This document shows positions 1 to 11,639 of a stretch of 64,000 nucleotides of DNA, piece by piece (the first letter of the stretch is position 1; the number at the start of each line of letters is the position of its first letter). The translations under genes were made by a program, and so were the position numbers. This DNA comes from Raillietiella orientalis (taxonomy: Eukaryota): contig JAYWIR010000030.1 in assembly GCA_036172245.1 (NCBI GenBank), forward strand, positions 186,001-250,000. The letters are read 5' to 3'. Below the pieces are notes generated by a model. That model searched no databases, had not been told where the DNA came from, and worked only from the letters and a program-made list of their open reading frames with translations.

Positions 1-2350
1 CAGAAATTGAACAGGCAGTGGAATCTGTTGTTTGTCCGGAACAGACCTATGCGGCCCCGGGTAGAACCGTGTATGCCCACCTACTCTATGCCTGCACCAA
101 GCTCCGATTATGAGAGCGAGAGACCGCGGCCTCTTCCAGATGTGGCGCAAGCTGCGCGTGAGGCTTCTGAGACAGGAGGAGCACTGTCTCTCGCAGTCTA
201 CCTGCGTGGGACATTCGACTGTGCCGATGGGAAATGCCCTCAAGCTGCAGCAATGGTTTCATGCACCGATGTCGACCAACCTTCTCCGCTACAATCCCAG
301 GCTAGGCGGTCTGCCCACTACAGGTCCCTTTCGTAATGCGATCATGTAGTGAATTTGCCAAGCAGAAGTAAAAAATAATATACTGAAGGACCAGTGGTGT
401 CGATCCCTGGAGGACGTTAGTCCTGCGTTGTTGAATCATGTTGGAAACACTGCCTACGACCTCCGTCTTAAAAGTGCCTGATTTGCGCTGAAGGAAAGAA
501 GGTTCCCAAAGGAGAGCACTGCAGCTGAGGATGCAGTTTAACGAACGGCCAAGATTCGGCATCGACATCGAGGACTTGACCTTTTGCATTCGCTGTACTC
601 CATCCTAGCTTGCCCTCTTGAGCCTTGCTACGTTAAGGCTGCACACACCGCAAAGTCGATCAGGATAGTGCGCAAATTCACAATGTGTTGGTGTATCATA
701 ACGGGAAGAGGGTACGCCACCCATCAACTATGACCCGAAGCAACTAAATCCAGCAAGTTCCTCAAAGGTTGGACGTAACGCGTCTCTGGGAAAACCTGGA
801 ACAGTATTTACCGGCAAGTCATTGGTAAATCACATGCGGTGCCATGGTAGCGGATATAATAGACCTACGGACCAAAGGTCCATGAAGTCGGGAGGGACAG
901 AGAGAAAGCAAAAGGTCGGCTACTTCCGAGGATCCTACTGGCAGTTGCCTAGTGATCAAGACACTCCTAGTGTTCGCGATTTTTTGGAGCTGAAAAACCG
1001 CAAGCGGACTCAAGAGGCATCATTCCTTCAGGAAGGCAAAAACCTCTGGAGTCTTCAGTTCTACCACTAATTTAGGGGATCCTAATGAGCTCATGAAATC
1101 TACAGTAGAATGAAGGGAGACCCACCAGAAGATCCCGGAAAAAAGGCAGAAAATACTGATGACTACGCTTTCTCAAAAAGAGTACATAAAGTAAGATGTA
1201 CACTGGTATGTAGCGACCACACCGAAACATCCTTGTGGAACTGCAAACTGTTAGTACGAAACTAAATCCAAAAGGGCGAGCCGGCTTTTCTAAAGGATCA
1301 AAGGCAACCAGAGCCACCATGCAGGAAAAAAAGAAAGGATTTCTCAATCTGCATTTTTGGAAGAGAAGCTCATATTTCGCAGCTACACTTCGAGCACTTA
1401 CGCTGGTGCACACTTGTGAACACGTATCGCAGCGCACCTTCCTGCCTCGCACCTCAACGCGACGCAGGTCCTGAACCGATGTGTTTTTCCTTCCTCCAGC
1501 TGATTAGGGCCATTTTGTTTCTGTGGTCACTAACCCCGAAGAGGTAACCTCCGTAGGGTCGTCGACTCTTTGGAGTGCTTCGGCCCCCTCCGAGGGAAGT
1601 CAATTGTTTGCCGTTCTGTGGTCAGCGGTGTAGTTTTCCGTAGGGGAATTTCCACGCCCCGCGAGATGCCAATCCACGAAGCTGAGCGTGAACGTAGCTG
1701 TTCCCGGAGATACCGCAAAGCACGCGTGGTCGAGCTCCAGGTGACCAGCCCCGAATTGGTGGAATGAGTCGAGAGGCGGCCGACTCCCTCCGTGGTCCAC
1801 CCCCACACAACGCGAGCTTCAGACGGTTACTCCCTCTTCCCTACAAGATGGAGGGGAAACTGATGAGTGTGTGTTCGTTTGCTGCCAAGCTACGAAACCT
1901 CGGTCTGTCGGTGCTCAGCGACGACTGCATCGTGATGCTCATCTGCAAGACCTTTCCGGTGGCTCAGAGACTTTAAGGTCTCAGCTGACCGTTGAGAGAT
2001 GCAAGCTCTTCACCGTAGCGCGGGACCACGTAGTGTGACGCCTGAGAGAGCCTTCTCCGTTGGCCACTGTACATTGTAGCACAAGCGAACTGGGGGGCAA
2101 ACTATGAGGGGCTGTCCACTGGCCCGGATGCGGCTCAAGTCGTGGTGAAGAATGAGGGGGAGATTGTCCGACTTGCTGCAGATTGGCAAGAGAATCGATC
2201 GAATGTGGTTTGTAGGGAAGCTCGAAATCCTTGGCCGCTGCTAGGCATCGGGACACTCCGAAAAGATGTCCCTAGAGATTCTCTGCCTCCACTGAAACCG
2301 GTTTGGCCGCACCAAAACGGTGCACCTCAAACTGGCTGCAGGTTAATAGA
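1..2350 (+). mobile_element. Heavily decayed R2/NeSL-like non-LTR element fossil (zinc-finger region to mid-RT)
   Basis: Degenerate motifs in the expected order across frames: C2H2 tail F....SLVNHMRCH (~805-845), PEEV......SASAPSEG (~1535-1595, cf. PEEV..SAPGPDG), YRKARVV (~1710), SFRRLLPL...GKLMS (~1817-1870) and RKDVPRDSLPPL (~2258-2295, cf. GVxQGDPLSPL). Many stops. Confidence 0.4.
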
Positions 2351-3749
2351 GTCCTTTCTTTTGCTCCATCCCCATAGTTTGGAAAAACAACTACTGTTTG
2401 GATTTTATTTTAAGGTTTTTTTTTTTTTTTTATTCCTTTCCCATTTTCTCTCTGCGAGGACTTCGGTGAGCAATCGCTTGAGAACAGGAACACCTGTAGC
2501 GGAACAGATGTAGTGGACTTTGTATTCCCAATACACAAGGCATGTGTTTTTTTTTTTCCTAACGGTTTATATGTAAATACAATTTTATAATACATTTCTC
2601 GGCGTCATCAGATGCAAAAAAGCTGGCTTCACGATCCCTTCGTGATGTCAATCACAAGTTGATCTATCCGAGGCTTTCATGAGCCTCGTTAAGGAGGAAG
2701 AGGAGTCCGGAAGGAGCGCGCCTTTTAAAAAGAGGCTTTTTTTTTTCTTCTTCCCCCCCTCCCCCCAAAAAAAAGTTTTCTTATTGGTATGATGAACGGC
2801 CTTGGCGGTGTCAGTTAGGCAGTGATGCCTGCAAACACTGCAACACCCCTTCCCGACCCGTGGAGATGCTAGAATCACCATCGCGTGCATCCGCCTTAAC
2901 AGAGGTCCCAGATGGCCGCTGATGCAATGCCTTCAGCTCAAGTCGAAGCGAGGGTCTACGTGACTGAAGAATAAAAACTGCCGCTACCGGTGCAAGATAG
3001 TCCTTGTTGATATTGCATTTGAGGCGCCCTTTTTGACCAAGGGGCTTCTCCAACCAAAAATAAAAAGGAGCTTCAACGGTTGTCTATCTTAAAAGGGGAT
3101 CGAACACTGCCATGCGTGCTAAGGAGGAAGAGCAGAGTAGCTTCTACTACAGCTATGGAGATGGAGGAATGAAACTCCGCAGCAGGAAACCTCCTGCAGA
3201 GGGAAGTCAAGGAATCAGGTGGGTCCTGCCGAAACCGCAGCACCACAAGCTGAATCAACAGCAAACGCTGCCCAAGGACACGAGCCTTTATACAAAGCAG
3301 TCCGACTTCATTCTGGGCCCACTGCAAACGCATTTTCACAAGCCCTTAGAAAGTTGCAGGTGAATAAGAAAGTTCTTCGAAAGCTCTCGATTCGTAGTGA
3401 ATAGGTATTTTCTTTGGACCACACATACTTTCGGTGTCCAGAGCATTTCTCAGGTCGTTTCACCTTGCGTTCCGTAAGCGTGTCCAGGCACCTCCTCGTA
3501 GAGGATAGCACGGAAACGGGAGAAGGACACTGTCAGCGTTCTGCCCTCTACTCGACATTGATCCACCAACAGTCGTGGATCTCTATTCGAAGCCCGGTCG
3601 GCCGCAACAGCATAAAGAGACACAAGTTTACCCACCACCAACAAGAAACGAGGGTCATTTTCTATGAGCAGGTCAACGAATGCAACACGGTCAACGTATT
3701 GCTACGTTCCTTCCCTCCAACTCCTTTTAGACACGTGCGCCATCCAGCG

Positions 3750-4745
3750 CTGTCGCCACCCATGTTCCAAACATCCATTCGGTTTCAGTCTGGAACTTGT
3801 TCCGGGAGCAGGTCAGCTGGAATTCACCGACTCCACTTTTCTTGCGCTTGATCTCAGCCTCCTTCGGGTCCGTCGCACCTTTCGTGGGTCGTCCTCTCTC
3901 GATCATGATGCGAAGGTTGAGGATGTCCCGCACACCAAGCACCTCCTGCACACGTGAGATCAGCACTGTCCCTGCTGATCGTTTTTCCTGCTGTCCACTT
4001 CGTCTCATCCTCCATTCTGCTGTAGTCCCAAGACGTTCTCCCCATCCCTGCCTGTGGCCCAAGCACTACTTCCAGTAGGTTTTCCTGGAGCAGTGTGCGT
4101 GAGAGCGCGCTACTTTCTTGATGTACTGCAACCATCACTTAGGGACCTTCAGTTCTCTTGGAGCTCGGCCGTTCCCGTATCCCATTACCCTAGAGATTTT
4201 CAGTGCGTGTCTATGACGACGGATGCTGGTACTTCTTTTTCGACAAAGTGGGGAGTCAGTCCCTTGTGTGGGCTCTGCTTCCTTTGCCTTTCCTCCCCTA
4301 GAAGATTGGTGCAGGCTGGGGAGGCTCACTGTCAGCACTTTTCCGTCCGCGGTTTGGAATCTGTTCCAGGGATGGTTTGACTGAGGGATACCAGCTCTCG
4401 GTATCCTTGTGTTGTGCTACGGACCTCCGGTTGGTCGTGCTTCTCGTTCCGGATGAGGAAATACTCTCTTCGGTGCTTCTAGCGAATGACTGGACTGAGG
4501 CAGAGATTGAAGGGACTCATAAGGTGCCTCCGCAAAGTGCCGACAGACTCCGAGCTCCTTTGGGACTGCATCACTCTTAGGGATCTTTGGGATCCAGCCA
4601 CAGGAGCATGGATCTTCCATAGCATCCCTTTCGATATCAACTGTTGCTTAATTTCCTGATGCTCCACCTTTTGTTTTTGATCAGTCTTGAACGCATCTTC
4701 CCTACTTTCAAAGGACGAATGTGATAATGACCGAGATAACAACGT
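3750..4745 (-). mobile_element. Possible highly decayed LTR-retrotransposon (Gypsy-type pol) remnant
   Basis: Weak ordered resemblance: KQKVEHQEIKQQLISKGML (RT start), W....PKSD....LGVCRHF (cf. PKxDGSxRxCxDF), DYSR....KWTAG.TI (post-integrase region). No catalytic motif is intact. Confidence 0.3.
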
Positions 4746-4784
4746 GACCGAGATAATGATGTTCCAGATGAGCCATCACGCCGA

Positions 4785-5495
4785 GTCAGCACCCGCTCTG
4801 GAGGCCGCGTCGCTGAGGTCTCCGCGCGTGGCACCAAGCGTTGCGGGTTCGAATCCCCACGTGGAGGATCGACTCCAGAAAAATGGGCACATCGTCGTGC
4901 TTTCGAATTCCCTCCGCAAGAAAAAGGCTGTTTGGCCTGTAGGCTTTAGGAGCGTCAATGGTGGAAGTCGGAAACCCCCGGATTGATTGTCCGGGATTGG
5001 AAGTTGACCCTCCAGGGTCCCTTCCAGGAATCAAAAAGTCCTTCAGGATTTTCCTCCTGTTCCGTTCCCTCCTCTCAGGGAGGACCCTCCATCACGTGCC
5101 ATGGAGCTGGTTGATATCCTCCTCAGGGGATTGCCTCTCCAGAGTGTCAGAAGCGCGCTGCTCCCTTCGTGGTGCACCCTTCAGAGAAATCGGGAAGCGT
5201 CCCTTCGGGGTTCTTTTCAGAGGTGTAAAACAAGGAGCGGTTCCCTTGCGGGTTCCCTCCGGAGGAGAAATTACAGGAGCAGATCCCTTGCGGGTACCCT
5301 TCGGAGGAGGAATGAGAAGTGATCCCCTCCACAGGGGTCCCTCTGGAGAGAATAAGGGAGAGGTTTACTTCTGGGTTCCCTCCGAAGCGTAAGAGGAACG
5401 GACTCCTTCCTCCGGAGCCTTCCTGGATTCATAGGGCAGTCCCTCCGGGGTCGTCCTCCAACTTGAGGAGTCAACACGCACCCTCGAGTGATATA
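4785..5495 (+). mobile_element. tRNA-type SINE-like dispersed repeat, copy 1
   Basis: Pol III B-box GGTTCGAATCC at 4846-4856. Co-linear similarity with 18863-19430 (e.g. GGGATTGGAAGTyGACCCTCC, CCATGGAGCTGG, GGACTCCTTCCTCCGGAGCC). Internal ~40-bp degenerate array; A-rich run at ~5556-5574. Confidence 0.7.
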
Positions 5496-6549
5496 GACGG
5501 TGTTCAAGAGCTTCGTGAGCTCCTAGGCGAACGGTTCTTCAGCTCTTAGCTAACCAAAAAAAAGAAAAAAAAAATATGGAAGAAGAACAGCGAAAACAGA
5601 AAAGAATCCAAAAGTATGTCCATCATCTTGGTTCAGAGGAACTGGGAGGTCAGGGAGCAAAGGGACTCCACGTGAGAAATTCTTCGGTTCACGGCTGCCG
5701 GTTCCCGCTTGCTAATGGTCTCATTCTTCAGACTCTCGACATCACGTCGGTGCTGCATGGAGACGGGTAGAACTCACGCAGCGATTTCACATGCGAGGCG
5801 GCGTCTCGTCTTGCGCGATGCAACTCGCCGACACGAGCGGTCCCCTTCCCCCTTCCGTAGTACCCCACGCGTTGGAAGCAGGTCCAGTGGAAAACTCTGG
5901 AAGGGGGAGAGGGAACGACCTACTCCTTCTCTGGGGAATAGGGCTTTGTTCGGGGCGGGAAGACGAGTGCAGGCGCGCAATCGCCAGAAGGGAGGGGCTG
6001 ACGGGTGCGCCTCCTCCATTCGGGGTCACCGACAGGGCGTGTCGCTTGTCGTGAGCCCCCTTTGTTCTTGCAGGCAGTCCCGGCACGTCATCGTCCCGGA
6101 GGCTGGGTCGAGATGCAAGGGAGGGGAGTTGCAGGCATTGAGGGATCCTTTCCCGCTTGCCCCATCCTTCCTCCCTCCCCCCCCTCCTTTTCCTCCTCCG
6201 AGCGCACGAGTACGCTTATTTCTCCACCACAAGATATGCAGCCGCCGATTGGAGGGAGACCAGGAAAAAGGCGAAGTCACACACAGACTTAACCTCCCCC
6301 ATGGGCGCAGTCAATGCAGCAGAAGAGCTCGTTCTCGCCACCTCCTCCCCTTCCTTTCTTTGGCGGCCGAAGGTGAGGTTTCAAGTCCCGTCCAGTGTCG
6401 TGTCAAAGTTCTCGGTGTGCTTTTGAAGTGCTGGGCGACCTCTGAAAACGATGTGCAAGCAGCTACTTTTCCGTGAGCCAATAGCAAACGAGAACCCTTT
6501 AAGATTAGCTGCTCTTCAATCAGAATCTTTGAATAGAGATAATATGTCC

Positions 6550-7550
6550 CCCTCCCCACCCATTTATTTTGACAGCCTGATAGCGATTACAGAAGTCCAT
6601 CGTACAAAAATATCCTTCTGTTGCCAAGGGAAGTCGATTCCTGTCAAAAACTTTGATTAACTTCATGGTCGCAGAGAATTTCCAGATTTAGTGGACCACA
6701 TCTGATTTCTCCATACCAGTTCCATCAACAGTTCGATCATTCCAAGTTGTAATTGAACTCGTGTTGTGAGACAGTCCAACACCAAAGCAGAAATGAATTT
6801 GTCTTTCAAATACTGTCGAATCCAATGCGTGAGCGCGCAGCTCAGTACTGCAACGGTTTTTAATTTGATCACCGAGGGATTTTGGTAATCCTGTTTAATC
6901 CTCGTCCATTACTACAAACGTACAAAGGATAGAACCGAAGCGCAGTGTGTTAAAGGAATATTGCTCCAGAAAACATATTCGTGTTATCTTTGAACATATT
7001 AAACAACAAATCTGGTTCTAAAAGAGTTGACACAATGGAACGAGTAATTAAACTTTCAAGCACATTTGCTTGAAATTTAATACCAGTCTACTTAGATGTA
7101 TCAAGGAAAAGTTGCTTCTACGTATTCTAGATTCAGAAGGTTTAACAACAAATACAAAACATTCATTTTTTTATTTTTTTTCCAAGGATGCAGTTATCTG
7201 GATATTATACGATTCAATAACATCAACCACTCGCAAATCATTTAATTATGGGCAGATGCTCAACTTTGGATCTCCAAGAAATTCATGAAGCCTATTTTTC
7301 TTCTTTGAGCATAGTCAGAGATTTCGTGGTTGCAATCATCTCATTGAGAAACAAGATTCAGCTACTGTAAATGAGAATTCAAGAGAAATATTTGAAAATG
7401 AGAATTCAAGTAAGAATAGTCAGCAGCTATGGCTCTTGACTATGGCAAACAGTTGGGGTAAGAAAACCTGGCGTTCTTCGAGCAGCTGGAATAAGAAACT
7501 GATAAAGAGGTTGAGCAGATGAAATGGTTGCTCATTAACACTTCAGCTCT
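6550..7550 (+). mobile_element. Decayed LINE reverse-transcriptase fragment (APE-type LINE, CR1/L2/Jockey-like)
   Basis: Ordered degenerate RT motifs across frames: YKNILLLP (~6603; cf. YRPISLLP), HLISPYQF (~6697), F*FDHRGIL (~6857; cf. AFD.VDH.IL), QGCSYLDIIRFNNIN (7183; cf. QGS.L.P.LF.IYIN), LWADAQ (~7246; cf. LYADD). Confidence 0.55.
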
Positions 7551-9088
7551 TCGATCCAATAAAAGTTCGTTATGTTTCTGTGACTCGGTTACCACTTTAA
7601 GGTTGTAGATGAGAAAAAATATATAAGAGCACTATGACTTTAAGTAATGACGCAGTTGAAAGATCGTATACCCACACTTTACATGACATGGTTTTATTAA
7701 CATGCTGCAAAATTTGCAGGTCGAAGCTCTATTCAGTTAGATATGCTTAGTTAGTTTGCATTATTAGCTTATAGTGTGGTGGTCTTGAGTGTACCCACAC
7801 ATAAGAAGAGCACAAAAGGGTATCAGAGGTTTAGGTATGATTTTTCTTCTCGCCAAAAAGCATACAAATTTAAGTTCGACCAAAACATAAACAAGAAAAC
7901 ATGAATAAACAACTCTATGTATTAAAGCATCAGAAAATCAAATTTTCAGAAATTATTTTCCTACCTAACAAAAATGAATGACACTGATAATTTCATTAAA
8001 CAAAAGCACTTCATATTTCGGTGACATGCCCAATTCTGTTTATTTACTTTCACGTTGTTGCCCCGAAAGTCGATAATCTTTTTATGAAAATACTGTATGA
8101 ATTTGATGGTTATGGTTGTGCTGACAGTAAAATAAAAATAAAAACCTAATGCATTAAATTCCTTGATACGATGTTATAGAATTGTTATCCTGCAATCATG
8201 ACTACTTAATTGTAACATATTTACTGAAATTATTTTGGTTATCAATGTGTTGAAAAATTCTAAAAGCAAACAAATATGCCAATTTAATGCCCGCTGCTTT
8301 TCCATTAAAGTTTGAATTCAAAAAATTGAATTGTTCAATTTGGTTCACCATTGGATCATCAAATACTCATCTGTATTCATCAGATATACTTGAAAGCTAT
8401 ATCTGTTAAATACAGAAAAGATGTTATGCCTTGAAATCAATCTAAAATATTCACTGTTGTAATGAAAACAGGTTACTTGTAAAGTATCATTTCATTTTTA
8501 TTGTGTCTGTGTACTTGCAAAATTAATGGGTAGTATTAGTTTACGAACAAATGTTATTAAGAAAAGGATGAAAATGGTTTGAAAATGTCTTCGAAGTTAC
8601 TTCGAAGATCCTTTCGATCAGACCAAATTGTACAACGTATGTACAGATGATCGTTTTTGAAATATGCTTATATGTTTTAATATATGTAATTTATCATGAA
8701 GCACTTAACAGTATACATTTGAAATTTTCTGCATTTATGAGGTCAATCTAGGAATTTTCTGAAAAGCATTTTTCGATTTAAATTTTTGAGATTATGCGTT
8801 CAGTAACTGATCATAACTAACGAATTTTATCAAAAGCATGTTAACTTCGTATTGGTAATTCTGTCTTGTGATGAGAGTAAATGTTCGTATAAGTCGTGTG
8901 GCTGAATGTGGTTACTTGACAACTTTAAGAATGCTAGTCAGGTAGCTACCTAAAATGCTAGAAACTAAGAACTTGCATTTATGATCCGTGGTGAGAAATC
9001 CAGCAGGACATTTTGAGGTTAGATCTATTGCAGTCGGTTTACTGTGTAGTTTCCCCCCCCTAAAAATTATAGTGTTTAGTTGTTCATA

Positions 9089-9908
9089 ATGACCATTTGT
9101 AAGAAGATAACCGTTGAACCAGCGCTTTTTTTCTTTATGCTGGCAACTTATACTCAGTATCCCATTTTCCAAGATATGGTGTATCAAAAGATTTGCATGA
9201 CCAACTTTAACGAATCTATTTGTGACAATTTACGTGATAAACAGAATCTAGCTGCCTTAGACACTGTTCAGAAGAAGTCATCGTACTGGATTTTTGGATC
9301 AACTATTAGCATTTTTCTACCCACTATGCTATCTTCATTGTATTTGGGATCATGGAGTGATAAAATAAGTCGAAAACTTGCAATGTTGTTGCCTCCCGTA
9401 GGAGGGATCTTGTCAAATTTGGTGTATATATTCATGTCGGCGTTCGAAAATGCTCATATTTCTCTACTTATATTGGGTAGTTTTACTTTAGGGTTTTTTG
9501 GTAGTTACGTTTCTTTCCTGATGAGCGTAAATAGTTATCTTGCACATGTAACCAATACAAATGTTCGAGTTAGTAGAATTTCAAGTCTCGAGGCAATGAC
9601 TTTCCTTGGTGGAGCTATTGGCCCATTTCTTACAGGATATTTAAAACAGAAAACAACACATACATACATCTTTTTATTGTTACTTTGCTGTAACCTGCTG
9701 GTTATACTGTATATAACTGCTTTTGTTAAGGAAGTCATCAATGAAAAGCTGGAAAAAGTTTCTTTGAAGAAGACATTTTTCTCATATTTAAACTTATCAC
9801 ATGTTAAGCAAGCAGCATCTGTATGTTTCAAGGAGCGAGCTGGGAATAAACGAACTTCTATATTATTGTTACTTTTGTCCATTTTTATTGTTTTTTTTTG
9901 TAATTCAG
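9089..9908 (+). CDS. SLC46-like transporter coding exon 1
   Basis: ATG at 9089; open frame with several hydrophobic helices; donor TCAG|GTAACA at 9909. A possible acceptor (tttag) at 9075-9079 suggests an upstream non-coding exon. Confidence 0.92.
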
Positions 9909-11639
9909 GTAACAGATTTTGTGTTTTCTTAGCCTCTTTAATCCGTACTCCCTTTTGAGTCACCTTGGTGCCTTAAAATTGAATTTAAAAGTGGTTTTAC
10001 TCACTCGCAGATGATTTATTCAATCTAAATAATTTTTAAAAAAATGTGAATTTCCAATTGATCTCGTTGTAATGAATTTTACTGCAGACTAATTGGGCAT
10101 TGCTTGTAAATTTATTTTTATCATCTCACTAAGGAAATTCTAATTTCATTTTATTTATGCAAATTTCATTCATGATTGCTTTTATTTTCTCTTAAGTCTT
10201 GATTGTTTCATTATTCCTTTCAATTTGTTTTCAGGAGAAAGTGATGTGTCTTACCTGTTTGCTAAAGACAAGCCAAGAGAATGGGAGTATACATTGTACA
10301 GCTACTATGCAGGCACCAAGTATGCTGTTGGAACTCTAACTCTTTTATTGGGAGTTCCATTTTTGAAGCACCTAAATTGTAGTGATGATTTGGTAATCTT
10401 GCTAGCACTAGTTTCCAAAATAGCAGGATTGGTTCTTTTATCTTTAAGTACAACCACTACAAGCATGTTTTTAGGTAAGCTGATCTTTTTATGCAATCTC
10501 CAAATATTGATAGTTAATTCTTGAAACAAAGGATTCTGAATGTCTTTGAAATCTTAACCTGCTTAGTTGCTTCTGTTATTCACTTTTGAAAACTGATGTG
10601 TCACTACTGAAGTATTCACACATGCAGACCCTTTTCACACTGAGTACATGTTTTTTCAGCATTCAGATTAAAAAATCCCAACACTTGAATTCAGTAGTAT
10701 GCTGAGTTTCCATTCCTTTTTTTAAATTGTTTGGGAATTTTTAGGAAACTCATGTTTAGTGATAGTATTAATAGCCTCTTTAACCTGTATGCTACAATCC
10801 CAAGCGTTGCTTGCCAAGAGAATTCTGTTTACATTTATAAGCAATATTTATGTTTGCATAAGGTGGATTGACGATTTGATCTCAACTCGTGATTCCAGGT
10901 TGAATTCCAAATTGTTTGCATTCCTGGTAATGAAAGACCTATCATTGTGCAGTTTAATGCAATGATACAATATGTAATGACCCTGTATGGATTTTTGTGC
11001 TCTCCACAAATTCTGGTTTTGTGAATATTGGAGGAAATAATGCTATGAGTTTTTACTATGTGCTTTATTGCAAATAACAAGTTGGACTCATGTGTATTAT
11101 TTTATCGTAGAAATGCTAAAAACCAAAGTAATCTTGTCAAAGTTGCAAGAATGCATGACTGTGTAATTCAGTAGTAGTTTGCAGTGCTAATTTTGGATTA
11201 TGAATTTGCAAAGTTTTGTTTTTTGTTTCCAGTACCTCTAATTGGATTATGTAGTTCCTGGTGTTCACCCTGTTTGAGAGCCATGCTGTCTAAGCTCGTG
11301 GAAACAGATGAGTCAGGTATTTGATTTGATTTCCTAATTTGATAAACTGTTCTAAACTGTAGGAAAGCTGTTTGCATTTGTGGCCATCTTGCAAAATTTA
11401 TGCATGTTATTTGCATCTTTGTTTTTCAATTTTTTGTATCCTGAAACTCGACTTGTTTGGAATGGTTTATCATTTGTGATAGCAGCTGCATTATTGCTCA
11501 TTCCTTTAGTAACGATAAGGTCAGATAATTCGCTCACTTTTGTATTAATTATGCCATGTGTGTTTTTAGCATTAGGAAGTGTATCCTGTCTACTGATTTA
11601 ACAGATGTTGAAGACCCCACAAAGCCAGAGGTCACATAG
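9089..11639 (+). CDS. SLC46-family (proton-coupled folate/heme transporter-like) MFS transporter, 5 coding exons, 456 aa: join(9089..9908,10235..10474,11233..11316,11363..11519,11570..11639)
   Basis: N-terminus MTICKKITVEPALFFF matches the SLC46 'ITVEP' motif, followed by a Cys-flanked loop with an N-glycosylation sequon (NES), MFS motif A (GSWSDKISRK), R..RIS.LEA, GE.DV.YLF, R.MLSK.V and GKLFA. All four introns are GT-AG with consistent phases (1,1,1,2). Spliced length is 1371 nt, ending at TAG 11637-11639. The paralog (A1/A2/A3) cannot be assigned by eye. Confidence 0.92.
9915..10148 (+). repeat. ~240-bp dispersed repeat, copy in SLC46 intron 1 (CpG-depleted)
   Basis: 10043-10148 aligns without gaps to 16181-16286 (81/106 identical by manual count); similarity extends ~130 bp further upstream with gaps. 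Confidence 0.85.
10235..10474 (+). CDS. SLC46-like transporter coding exon 2
   Basis: Acceptor ttgttttcag|; encodes GESDVSYLFAKDKPREW...SMFL; donor TTAG|GTAAGC. Confidence 0.92.
11233..11316 (+). CDS. SLC46-like transporter coding exon 3
   Basis: Acceptor ttttgtttccag|; encodes VPLIGLCSSWCSPCLRAMLSKLVETDES; donor CAG|GTATTT. Too short to appear in the ORF track. Confidence 0.88.
11363..11519 (+). CDS. SLC46-like transporter coding exon 4
   Basis: Acceptor ctgtag|; encodes GKLFAFVAILQNLCMLFASLFFNFLYPETRLVWNGLSFVIAAALLLIPLVTI (last two TM helices); donor AAG|GTCAGA. Confidence 0.88.
11570..11639 (+). CDS. SLC46-like transporter probable last coding exon (cytosolic tail SIRKCILSTDLTDVEDPTKPEVT*)
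   Basis: Acceptor tgtttttag| at 11569; the phase-2 join gives a hydrophilic tail ending in TAG. Alternative: read-through of the intron to a stop at 11601. Confidence 0.7.

Noticed and set aside
1826..1906. Hammerhead-like CTGATGA...GAAA on the plus strand
   Set aside because: Stems are not convincingly paired; the motif lies within a decayed retroelement coding remnant.
2570..2620. Minimal hammerhead ribozyme on the minus strand (CTGATGA..GAAA)
   Set aside because: Core motifs are present, but stem I has no complementary partner and stem II does not pair.
4803..4865. Intact tRNA gene at the GGTTCGAATCC motif (also 18936 and ~29969)
   Set aside because: Only the T-loop/B-box is recognisable; no full cloverleaf or properly spaced A-box could be built.
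5160..5390. CRISPR-like array of ~40-bp units
   Set aside because: Units are degenerate along their whole length, with no identical repeats separating unique spacers and no cas genes; eukaryotic context, inside a SINE-like repeat.
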